Source of the DNA: Steroidobacteraceae bacterium
GTDB taxonomy: Bacteria; Pseudomonadota; Gammaproteobacteria; Steroidobacterales; Steroidobacteraceae
Assembly (NCBI GenBank): GCA_040513115.1
Contig: JBEVDW010000087.1
Location: forward strand, 1-53,769
DNA: 53,769 bases
Direction of reading: 5' to 3'
Shown: in pieces, positions 9,434-17,840 of the stretch
How positions within the stretch are numbered: position 1 is the first letter of the stretch
How the letters are laid out: each line of letters starts with the position of its first letter
Notes under the pieces: generated by a model
The model's input: only the letters and a program-made list of their open reading frames with translations
Databases searched by the model: none
Told to the model about the DNA's origin: nothing
Program-made: the position numbers and the translations under genes

Positions 9434-10648
9434 TTACCGTGCCACCTTGAAGCCGTAAAGCTTCTCCGCGTTCTGATATAGCACCTTGGCTTTGTTCTGC
9501 TCGCTTTGATTACGGAAGATCGCGTCCGCGTATGCGCGTGTCGACTGATACTCGGAACCGGCGTGCGGATACATCGAGGTCGGATGCGGAAAGTCGGTTT
9601 CGAACAGCAGATTGTCTGCGCCGAAATAGTCGATGTACGGATCGATGCAACGGTGATCCTCGAGATACAGGCACACGTAGATCTGATCCTTGAACATCTC
9701 CTTGGGCGTACGCGAGAACCGCGCAAGTTGGTTGGGCGTCATCATTTCCTTCCATTGATGCTCGAGGCACTGCAGGATGAACGGAGCCCAGCCGCAGCCG
9801 CTTTCCACCGATACGAAGCGCAGCCCACGATATTTCTCCAGCAAGCCCGTCAGCAGCAGGTTCATGACGTCCTGCACGTTCACGAGGAAATTGCTGCAAG
9901 CGGTGAAGATGCACAGCGGGCCGTTCAACGAACCGTCCTCGTAAATGCCCTGGCGGTTCGGATCCCAGAACTTGTCGATCTCGCCCTCGAAGGAGCCCGA
10001 GCCGATATGGAAGTTCACGGGTATGTTCAGGTCCTGGCACGTCGCCCAGAAGCGATCCCACACGGGATCCAACAGGCGTGGCTGGCCGAAGTCGCCGGGC
10101 TTGCTCGACATCGCGATGCCCGTCAGACCCAACTTGCGGATGCGGTGCAGCTCGGCGATCGTGGCTTCGATATCCCACAGGGGCAATGCTGCCTGCGGCA
10201 GCAAGCGACGATTGCTCTCGCGCTGCAGATCGACCAGCGCATCGTTGTAGGTCTGCACGTGCCACAGCCGCAGATCGCTATCCCCGGGAAACGTCTTCAT
10301 CAGCGCCTGTCCGCCGAAGCCGATCACGTTCGGATACACGACGTGTGCTGCGATGCCTCGCTCGTCCATGTACTCCACGGCCGCAGCCGGTTTGCTGGTC
10401 GCCGGTGCCATCATGTCGAAGCGGGGCACCGTGTACTGATGCAGATACTTCGACATGTCCTTTGCAACGACCGAAGGACCGATCATCGCGACCTGCTGGC
10501 CGGCAACGAACCAACCTTCCGTATTGTCGCTCTTGGTCTTCACCTCGAAGACCTTGCCCGCATATTTGCGCGGCGCGCGCGATGTCCACAGATCTGGCGG
10601 CTCGGCCCAGTGGGTATCGCAATCGACGATGGGCATCGGGGTAGCCAT
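9434..10648 (-). CDS. Amidohydrolase-2 family protein (ACMSD/LigW/lactonase-like)
   Basis: N-terminal IVDCDTHW metal motif and C-terminal FETDFPHP motif. GGAGGA RBS upstream of ATG 10648. Confidence 0.85.
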   Translation of the reverse strand: MATPMPIVDCDTHWAEPPDLWTSRAPRKYAGKVFEVKTKSDNTEGWFVAGQQVAMIGPSVVAKDMSKYLHQYTVPRFDMMAPATSKPAAAVEYMDERGIAAHVVYPNVIGFGGQALMKTFPGDSDLRLWHVQTYNDALVDLQRESNRRLLPQAALPLWDIEATIAELHRIRKLGLTGIAMSSKPGDFGQPRLLDPVWDRFWATCQDLNIPVNFHIGSGSFEGEIDKFWDPNRQGIYEDGSLNGPLCIFTACSNFLVNVQDVMNLLLTGLLEKYRGLRFVSVESGCGWAPFILQCLEHQWKEMMTPNQLARFSRTPKEMFKDQIYVCLYLEDHRCIDPYIDYFGADNLLFETDFPHPTSMYPHAGSEYQSTRAYADAIFRNQSEQNKAKVLYQNAEKLYGFKVAR

Positions 10649-10800
10649 GCTGCGGTTCCTCCAGCTTCAGGGACTTGGTTGTGTCGGATTGCCATGGGAA
10701 ATCATGGCGCCTCGCGTGCGGACAATTTAGCATACCAAAACAGGCTGGCGAGACGGTGCAATGCAGCACCGTGGCCGAATCCGGCTGATTCACCCAGGAG

Positions 10801-12291
10801 ATGATGGCGATGGCACCCGCACACTGGTATGAACGTAAAGAGTTTTTCATCGATGGCCATTGGCAGGCGCCGAGCAGCAACGCTGTCATCGAGGTGATTG
10901 CGCCAGCGACGGAGCAGGTCCTTGGTCGTTGCCCTGAGGCGTTGCCGGCCGACGTCGATCGTGCGGTCGCGGCCGCGCGTAAGGCATTCGACACAGGGCC
11001 TTGGCCACGGATGTCGTCGCAGGAGCGCGTGGCGATACTGAAAAAGATGGCGTCGCGTCTGCGCTCGGAGGCGGATGACACCGCTCACTTCCTGTGCGAG
11101 GAGATGGGCGCGTCAATTTCCTCCTTGCTGCAGGGGAAAGGCGGCGTGCCGATGCTGTTCGATTACTACGCCGACATCGCGAGCCGTCATCCCTTCCTCG
11201 AATCGCGCGCCGGGTTGGTAGGCCCCGCGTATGTGCATCACGCGCCGGTGGGTGTGGTGGGTGCCATCACTCCCTGGAACGGCCCGCTGTTTCTATTGGC
11301 GCTCAAGATGGCGCCCGCTCTCGCCGCCGGTTGCACAGTGGTCGCGAAGCCGCCACCGGAAGCACCGCTCGATGCGTATCTATTGGCAGAGGCAGCAAAG
11401 GCCGCGGGGCTGCCCGCCGGTGTGTTCAATCTCGTGCCGGGTGGGCGCGAAACCGGAGAGCACTTGGTGCGACATCCGGACGTCGACAAGATTACGTTCA
11501 CCGGCAGTACGGTTGCCGGACGCCGGATTGCCGCTCTTTGCGGTGAACAACTGAAGCGTGTGGGGTTGGAACTCGGAGGCAAGTCGGCGGCGATCGTGCT
11601 GCCGGATGCGCCCATCGACGTGCTCGCGAACTTCGGCGTGTCGTGCGGGCTGGCATTCAACAACGGTCAGGCCTGCGCGGCACTCACGCGCATCCTGGTG
11701 CCGCGAGCCATGCAGAGCGAAGTAGTGGAAGCGATGGCCGCAAGCGTGCGCAAGCTCGTCGTGGGGGACCCCAAGGATCCGACGACGCAGGTCGGGCCGC
11801 TCATCGCGAAACGTCAGCGCGAGCGGGTCGAATCCTATATTCAGGCGGGCAAGCAGGCCGGCGCGAAAGTCGCAGTGGGTGGCGGCCGCCCGGCGCACCT
11901 GCCACGCGGCTGGTACGTAGAGCCAACTCTGTTCTATGACGTCGACAATCAAATGCAGATCGCGCAGGAGGAGATCTTCGGCCCGGTAGGTGTGGTGATT
12001 CCGTACGATGGGGGGGAAGAGGCTGCGATCGCATTGGCAAACGACACAGCGTATGGCCTTGCAGGAGCGGTCTTCACGGCGGATCTGCAGCGCGGCCTCG
12101 CCGTGGCCCGACGGATTCGCGCCGGCACCTTCGGCGTCAATACCTTTTACATCGATCCCGCCTGTCCGTTCGGTGGCTTCAAGGCGTCCGGCGTGGGTCG
12201 TGAGATGGGGCCAGAGGGTTTCACCGCGTACCTCGAGCACCAGACCGTTCTGGGATTACCGGAGGGGATGCGAATGGCTGTGTCCGCGTGA
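10801..12291 (+). CDS. NAD(P)-dependent aldehyde dehydrogenase
   Basis: ELGGKSA (Glu), NNGQACAALTR (Cys), FTGSTVAGRRI. ATG 10810 has better spacing to AGGAG (10796-10800) than ATG 10801. Confidence 0.92.
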   Translation: MMAMAPAHWYERKEFFIDGHWQAPSSNAVIEVIAPATEQVLGRCPEALPADVDRAVAAARKAFDTGPWPRMSSQERVAILKKMASRLRSEADDTAHFLCEEMGASISSLLQGKGGVPMLFDYYADIASRHPFLESRAGLVGPAYVHHAPVGVVGAITPWNGPLFLLALKMAPALAAGCTVVAKPPPEAPLDAYLLAEAAKAAGLPAGVFNLVPGGRETGEHLVRHPDVDKITFTGSTVAGRRIAALCGEQLKRVGLELGGKSAAIVLPDAPIDVLANFGVSCGLAFNNGQACAALTRILVPRAMQSEVVEAMAASVRKLVVGDPKDPTTQVGPLIAKRQRERVESYIQAGKQAGAKVAVGGGRPAHLPRGWYVEPTLFYDVDNQMQIAQEEIFGPVGVVIPYDGGEEAAIALANDTAYGLAGAVFTADLQRGLAVARRIRAGTFGVNTFYIDPACPFGGFKASGVGREMGPEGFTAYLEHQTVLGLPEGMRMAVSA

Positions 12292-12345
12292 AGGCAGCTG
12301 CCTGCATCGCGTGCGTCGTTCAATTTCAATGTAGACTCGATGCCC

Positions 12346-12359
12346 AACCCAATTGGGTT
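12346..12359. promoter_or_regulatory. Perfect 14-bp palindrome AACCCAATTGGGTT
   Basis: Lies 19 nt upstream of ATG 12378 of the FadR-like regulator, within the 86-bp gap after the ALDH stop. A zero-loop palindrome is more like a dimer binding site than a terminator. Confidence 0.3.
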
Positions 12360-12377
12360 TACACCTTCCAGAATCGC

Positions 12378-13169
12378 ATGGCATCGAAGCGTAGAACGGC
12401 ATCTCGATCGGTGGGTAACACGGCCAAGAGCGCGCCGGGCCACAAATCAGCTTTGAAGCGCGTGGCCAGCGCGCTCAGAGCCGAGATCAGCGAGCTCGAG
12501 GACGGCGAGCCTCTCGGCTCGGAGGAAGAGCTCGTCAAGCGCATGGGGGTGAGCCGGCCGACGTTCAGGCTCGCCGCAAAGCTGATGCAGCAGGAGCAGA
12601 TTCTCACGATCCGGCGTGGCCCTGGTGGCGGTTTCTTCTCGAAGAAGCCGACCACCAAGGCGGTTGCCCACATGGCCGCTGTCTTCCTGCAGGGACGTCA
12701 CGTGACGCTCAAGCAGGTCATGCTGGCGTTCTGGCCGCTGTTCGTGGACATCGCGCGCTGGGCGGTCCAGCAGCCCGACAGCACGTTGCTGCCACTCAAG
12801 GCGTTCCTTGCGAGCGAGCGGGCCAAGCCCAACGACAATTCGTACACGATCGCCGAGTACCTGAGCTCGGAGAGTGCCTTCCACCACATTTATCCGGCGC
12901 TGGGTGGCAATGCGGTCACCGAACTGTTCTACCGCACGTGCTTCGACTTCTCGGCCACACTCCAGCACGAGACGATCTACAACGACCTCGAGCGCGTGCT
13001 GGCTTACCGCGCCATGCGGACGCGATTGTGCGAAGCCATCCTTGCCCGCGATGGAAAGCTTGCCACGGTGTTTGCGGCGCGCTTGAATGAAGCATTGATC
13101 AACGACCTCCAGTTTGTTCGTGGTCACGCGGGTCGCGCCAGTATCGTGCTGAAGCCTGCGGAGCATTGA
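12378..13169 (+). CDS. GntR-family regulator, FadR-like
   Basis: wHTH LGSEEELVKRMGVSRPTFRLAAKLMQQEQILTIRRGPGGGFF followed by an all-helical C-terminal domain. First ATG after the ALDH stop. Confidence 0.75.
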   Translation: MASKRRTASRSVGNTAKSAPGHKSALKRVASALRAEISELEDGEPLGSEEELVKRMGVSRPTFRLAAKLMQQEQILTIRRGPGGGFFSKKPTTKAVAHMAAVFLQGRHVTLKQVMLAFWPLFVDIARWAVQQPDSTLLPLKAFLASERAKPNDNSYTIAEYLSSESAFHHIYPALGGNAVTELFYRTCFDFSATLQHETIYNDLERVLAYRAMRTRLCEAILARDGKLATVFAARLNEALINDLQFVRGHAGRASIVLKPAEH

Positions 13170-14020
13170 TGACCGAGCTGCTGTCGCTCGACGACCGCGA
13201 TTGGCTCGAATCGCGCCTTCAGCAGCACGTCACGGACCTCTCTGAATACAGCTTCGCGAACTTGTATCTGTTCCGGCATGCTCATGGGTATCGCATCGTG
13301 CGGGAGCCTCTGCCCGCTGTTTCCGGTACGACCTACGATGGCGTGCGTCATCTGCTGCCGCTGTTTGACTTGGCTTCCCATGCGCCACCGATCCTCGCAC
13401 GAGCGCTCGGCGACCACGCGGTCTTCTATCCCATCCCGGCAGAGGATCTCGAGCCCCTGAATGGGGGGCAGTTCGAGATTTCGCACAACGAGGACGACTC
13501 CGACTACGTCTACGAAACTGAAGCGCTGCGCAGATATCGTGGTTCCCAGTTACGCAAGAAGCTGAATCAAATGCGGCAATTCGAGCGTCAGTGCGAGCCA
13601 GTATTCGAGCCGCTCGGTCCAACGGACATCGCGGCGGCGCACACCGTGCTGCAACGCTGGTTGGAGGAATCCGGCAAGCGCATCGAGGCGACCGACTACG
13701 GCCCGACACACGAAGCGTTGACCCACTATTCGACGCTCGGTCTCACGGGTCACCTTGCGCGCACACGTGCCGACGAGCCCGTCGGCTTTTTGCTGGGTTC
13801 GTACACCCCATCCAGCTTCGTCGTGCGGTTTGCGAAGGGGCTGCGGAGTTATCCGGGTGTGTTTCCGTTCTTATTCAACCGGCTCGCCCTGTCGTTGCCG
13901 GAGAGCGTCCAGCATCTCAACTTCGAGCAGGACCTCGGTAATCCGCGCTTTCAGCTGAACAAGCGCAGCTATGCGCCGTGCGCGCTGCTGCGCAAGTATC
14001 GGATTCGGCCGAAGCATTGA
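13169..14020 (+). CDS. DUF2156 (lysyl-phosphatidylglycerol synthase C-terminal-like, GNAT-fold) protein
   Basis: SDYVYETEALRRYRGSQLRKKLNQMRQFER and FEQDLGNPRFQLNKRSYAP match my recollection of the DUF2156 pattern. Its ATG overlaps the regulator's TGA (TGATG, 13167-13171). Confidence 0.65.
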   Translation: MTELLSLDDRDWLESRLQQHVTDLSEYSFANLYLFRHAHGYRIVREPLPAVSGTTYDGVRHLLPLFDLASHAPPILARALGDHAVFYPIPAEDLEPLNGGQFEISHNEDDSDYVYETEALRRYRGSQLRKKLNQMRQFERQCEPVFEPLGPTDIAAAHTVLQRWLEESGKRIEATDYGPTHEALTHYSTLGLTGHLARTRADEPVGFLLGSYTPSSFVVRFAKGLRSYPGVFPFLFNRLALSLPESVQHLNFEQDLGNPRFQLNKRSYAPCALLRKYRIRPKH

Positions 14021-14108
14021 AGCCGTCTCGGGGCCGTCTCGTCCCGGAGTTCCAAAGCATCGGCTGGGGCGGTAAAGCTCGTGCCAGGGTGGTGAGTGCT
14101 GCTTAAAT

Positions 14109-14123
14109 GAGATAACTTTATCG
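14109..14123. promoter_or_regulatory. GAGATAACTTTATCG; related to the 42103/45598 operator motif
   Basis: Lies 32 nt upstream of ATG 14156. Matches GAGTAAACTCTATCG at 12 of 15 positions, including the TATCG end. Confidence 0.3.
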
Positions 14124-14155
14124 CTGGCTCGAAGCACTTATCCCGGCAGGCGGTC

Positions 14156-14980
14156 ATGGCGCAACTTCCGACGTTTTCAACATTGCGTGTGCAGGCGACA
14201 CCCTCGGTACTCACCGTGTGGATCGATCAGCCGGAGACGCGCAATGCGCTGACGTCTGCCGTGCGTGCGGAATTGACCGATCTGTGCGGTCATCTGGAGC
14301 GTGACACGGAGTTCCGGGCCGTCGTGCTGAGAGGTGCCAATGGCACGTTTTGCTCCGGAGGTGACCTGCGGGATTTCAAGCGGCAGTTCAGCACTCCACC
14401 GCCGGGCGCGGGCCAACGTGATGCCATCGCACAGGACAATCGGCAATTCGGCGAATTTCTGTTGCGACTGCAGGCTCTGCCGCACACGCTCGTGGCGCTG
14501 GTCGAAGGCTCTGCATTCGCCGGGGCCCTGGGTTTGATCTGCGTGTCGGACATCGCCATCGCCCTTGCTGATGCGCGCTTTGCAATTTCCGAAACCACGC
14601 TGGGGGTGATCCCGGCGCAGATCGCGCCATTCGTGGTCGCCCGCATCGGTCTCACGCAGGCCCGGCGGCTTGCGCTGATGGGCTCACGCTTCGACGGTCG
14701 CGAGGCGCAGCGACTCGGCTTCGTTCATTCCGTTCACGAGTCGGTCGACGAGGCCGAGGCGGAGCTTGCCGCCGTACTCGCCGGCGTGCGGCGCTGCGGA
14801 CGCGAGGCGAACGCGACGACCAAGGCATTGCTGCTACGGAGTGCGAGCGCGGGCATCGCGCAGAACGAGTTGATCGACTGGGCCGCCGATCGATTTGCCG
14901 AACGCCTGCGCAGCGCCGAAGGGCAGGAAGGGGTGGGTGCCTTCCTCGCCAAGCGCCGCCCATCGTGGTCCTCATCCTGA
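14156..14980 (+). CDS. Enoyl-CoA hydratase/isomerase (AtuE/LiuC-like glutaconyl-CoA hydratase type)
   Basis: Crotonase fold motifs (FCSGGDL, GSAFAGALGL). First gene of the carboxylase operon. Confidence 0.85.
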   Translation: MAQLPTFSTLRVQATPSVLTVWIDQPETRNALTSAVRAELTDLCGHLERDTEFRAVVLRGANGTFCSGGDLRDFKRQFSTPPPGAGQRDAIAQDNRQFGEFLLRLQALPHTLVALVEGSAFAGALGLICVSDIAIALADARFAISETTLGVIPAQIAPFVVARIGLTQARRLALMGSRFDGREAQRLGFVHSVHESVDEAEAELAAVLAGVRRCGREANATTKALLLRSASAGIAQNELIDWAADRFAERLRSAEGQEGVGAFLAKRRPSWSSS

Positions 14981-14999
14981 ACTGAAGAACAGCAATCCC

Positions 15000-16625
15000 A
15001 TGACCGTCCTTGAATCCGCACTCGCGCCCGACAGCGACGTTTTCCGTGCGAACGCGCAGAGCATGCTCGGTGCGCTCGAGGCTGTGCGCGCGATCGAAGC
15101 ACGCAATGCAGCGATCGTCCCCGCGGTAGGCGAGCGCCTGGCCAAGCGCAACGAATTGTCGCCGCGCCAGCGCCTGGATCTGCTGCTCGATCGAGGACGC
15201 ATGTTCATCGAGCTCAGCCGGCTCGCGGGCCTGGGTCTCGAAGGAGACACAGACGGCTCGGCGGCCGGCGGCGGCATGATTCTCGGCATCGGCACTGTGT
15301 GCGGCGTACGCTGCATCGTGAGCGTCGACAACTTCGTCGTTAAGGGCGGCTCACTGACGCAACAAGGTGTGCTCAAGAAGATTCGCTCGCAGCAGATCGC
15401 CTCGGAGATGAAGCTGCCCGTCGTGACGCTGGCGCAGAGTGGCGGTGCGAACCTGCGCTACATCTCGGACTTCTTCATCGAAGGAGCGCGCTTCTTTGCG
15501 AATCGTGCCCGCTTGTCGGCGCAAGGTCTGCCGCAGATCACGGTCGTGCATGGCAGCGCCACCGCCGGAGGCGCGTACGATCCTGGCCTCTCGGATTACA
15601 TGATCATGGTGCGCAAGAAGGCGAGCATGTATCTGGCCGGACCGCCGTTGCTCAAGGCCGCAACGGGTGAGATCGCCACTGAAGAAGAACTGGGCGGCGC
15701 CGAGATGCATTGCGCCGTGGCAGGCACTGCCGAATATCTTGCGGAAGACGATGTCGACGGGATTCGCATCGCCCGCGACGTGCTGCAGGCCTTGGACTGG
15801 AATCGCCTCGTGCCCGAGCCGCCCGTGCCGAAGTATCACGAGCCGCTCTATTCGCAGGAAGAGTTGCTGGGTGTATTGCCGGCAGACCCGAAGACACCGT
15901 TCGACATGCGCGAAGTGCTGGCGCGTATTCTCGATGGCTCGGAATTTCTCGAGTTCAAGGGCGAGTTCGATGCGGGCACGGTGTGCGGGCACGGCGCGAT
16001 GGAGGGGTTGCCGGTCGGTATCGTGGCGAACAACTATCCCATCACGGCGCGCGGTGCTGCGAAGGCGGCGCAGTTCATTCAACTCTGCGATCAGGCCCAG
16101 ATCCCGTTGCTGTTCGCGCACAACACCACCGGTTTCCTGGTGGGCACGGAACAGGAGCAAGCCGGGATCATCAAGCATGGCGCGAAGATGATTCAGGCGG
16201 TCGCGAACGCGCGCGTACCGCGCATCTCGCTCATGCTCGGCGGCTCCTACGGCGCGGGCAACTACGCGATGTGCGGGCGCGGTCTGGATCCGCAGTTCAT
16301 CTTCGCTTGGCCGACCAGTCGCGTGGCGGTGATGGGCGGCCCGCAAGCGGCCATGGTGTTGCGCATCGTCGGCGAGAATCGCTTTCAGCGTGAAGGCCGG
16401 CCCGTCGATCCCGAGAGCCGCGCCCGTATCGAAGCAGAAGCGAACGAAGCTGAGCGGCTGCTCGAGGAGAAATCCCGTGCGCTCTACGCCACTGCCCGCT
16501 TGTGGGACGACGGCATCATCGATCCGCGCGACACGCGCAAGCTGATCGCCGAGCTGCTGCGCATCTGTCGCGATGCGCGCCACAGAACATTGCAGCCGAA
16601 CAGCTTCGGCGTCGGACGGTTTTGA
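15000..16625 (+). CDS. Acyl-CoA carboxylase carboxyltransferase beta subunit (geranyl-/methylcrotonyl-CoA carboxylase type)
   Basis: ~541 aa with typical CT motifs (GGSLTQQGVLK, GSATAGGAY, GGSYGAGNYAMCG). ATG 15000 lies 19 nt after the hydratase stop. Confidence 0.92.
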   Translation: MTVLESALAPDSDVFRANAQSMLGALEAVRAIEARNAAIVPAVGERLAKRNELSPRQRLDLLLDRGRMFIELSRLAGLGLEGDTDGSAAGGGMILGIGTVCGVRCIVSVDNFVVKGGSLTQQGVLKKIRSQQIASEMKLPVVTLAQSGGANLRYISDFFIEGARFFANRARLSAQGLPQITVVHGSATAGGAYDPGLSDYMIMVRKKASMYLAGPPLLKAATGEIATEEELGGAEMHCAVAGTAEYLAEDDVDGIRIARDVLQALDWNRLVPEPPVPKYHEPLYSQEELLGVLPADPKTPFDMREVLARILDGSEFLEFKGEFDAGTVCGHGAMEGLPVGIVANNYPITARGAAKAAQFIQLCDQAQIPLLFAHNTTGFLVGTEQEQAGIIKHGAKMIQAVANARVPRISLMLGGSYGAGNYAMCGRGLDPQFIFAWPTSRVAVMGGPQAAMVLRIVGENRFQREGRPVDPESRARIEAEANEAERLLEEKSRALYATARLWDDGIIDPRDTRKLIAELLRICRDARHRTLQPNSFGVGRF

Positions 16626-16682
16626 GTGTGGTGGCACACGCTGCCCGCGGCAGCCTCTTATTCGACAGCTTGAGAGATCATC

Positions 16683-17837
16683 ATGCGCTTCACCGCAGAA
16701 CATCAAAGTATCTTCGAGACGACTCGCAAGTTCATCGAGGCCGAAGTCAATCCTCATGTGGATGAGTGGGAGCGCAACGGCATCTTTCCGGCGCACGAAG
16801 TGTTCCGGAAGTTCGGCGAGCTGGGCTTGCTCGGCATCAACAAGCCGGAAGCGTATGGTGGACTCGGGCTCGACTACAGCTATCACGCCGCCTTCTTGGA
16901 AGCACTCGGCTACTGCCGTAGTGGGGGCGTGGTGATGGGAACGACGGTGCAGACCGACATGGCGACACCCGCGCTCGCTCGCTTCGGCAGCGACGAGCTA
17001 CGGCGCGAGTTTCTGGCGCCAGCGATCGCCGGTGAAATGGTGTGCTCGATCGCCGTCTCCGAGCCTCACGCAGGATCGGATGTCGCGCAGATCAAGACCA
17101 ACGCCAAGCGCGACGGCGGCGACTACGTGATCAACGGCACGAAGATGTGGATCACCAACAGCACACAGGCGGATTTCCTGTGCTTGCTAGCCGTCACCGG
17201 CGGAGACTCGATCCATAACAACAAGTCGCTCATCGTCGTGCCGACGAAGACGAAGGGCATCAGCTTCTCGGACAAGATCAACAAGCTCGGCATGCGCGCC
17301 TCCGACACGGCGCAGATCTTCTTCGACAACGTGCGGGTGCCTGTGCGTCATCGCATCGGGGCAGAAGGCGAGGGCTTTGCGTTGCAGATGAAGCAGTTCC
17401 AGGAGGAACGCATCGGTGCCTCGCTCAGTCTTCTATGCACCTTGGAGACTTGTATCAACGACACCATCGAGTACACGCGCCAGCGCAAGGTGTTCGGCCG
17501 CTCGCTGCTCGACAACCAGGTGGTCCACTTCCGCCTGGCGGAGCTGCGTACTGAAATCGAAGCGGTGCGCGCGCTGTGTTACCGGTGCGTGGAAGAGCAC
17601 ATCGCAGGCAACGACATGACGCTGCTGGCGTCGATGGCGAAGCTCAAAGTCGGTCGCCTCAACCGCGAAGTCACCGATGCGTGCCTGCAGTACTGGGGCG
17701 GCATGGGCTTCACTTGGGACAACTTCGTGGCACGCATGTATCGCGACTTGAGACTCACCTCGATCGGCGGCGGTGCGGACGAGGTGATGCTGCAAATCAT
17801 TTGCAAGTCGATGGGCACCTTGCCCAAGCGGGACTGA
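16683..17837 (+). CDS. Acyl-CoA dehydrogenase (AtuD/IVD-like)
   Basis: 384 aa with canonical ACAD layout, C-terminal QYWGGMGF and IGGGADEVM. Confidence 0.92.
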   Translation: MRFTAEHQSIFETTRKFIEAEVNPHVDEWERNGIFPAHEVFRKFGELGLLGINKPEAYGGLGLDYSYHAAFLEALGYCRSGGVVMGTTVQTDMATPALARFGSDELRREFLAPAIAGEMVCSIAVSEPHAGSDVAQIKTNAKRDGGDYVINGTKMWITNSTQADFLCLLAVTGGDSIHNNKSLIVVPTKTKGISFSDKINKLGMRASDTAQIFFDNVRVPVRHRIGAEGEGFALQMKQFQEERIGASLSLLCTLETCINDTIEYTRQRKVFGRSLLDNQVVHFRLAELRTEIEAVRALCYRCVEEHIAGNDMTLLASMAKLKVGRLNREVTDACLQYWGGMGFTWDNFVARMYRDLRLTSIGGGADEVMLQIICKSMGTLPKRD

Positions 17838-17840
17838 CGC

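Noticed and set aside
15351-16886. 511-aa minus-strand ORF opposite the carboxyltransferase. Similar long antisense ORFs occur at 992-1906, 11380-12240, 17433-18782, 31436-33271, 36070-38211 and 45572-46978.
   Set aside because: The translations are Arg/Ala/His/Gly-rich and of low complexity, with no family motifs. The opposite strand carries clear, motif-rich genes. These are typical shadow ORFs of high-GC DNA.
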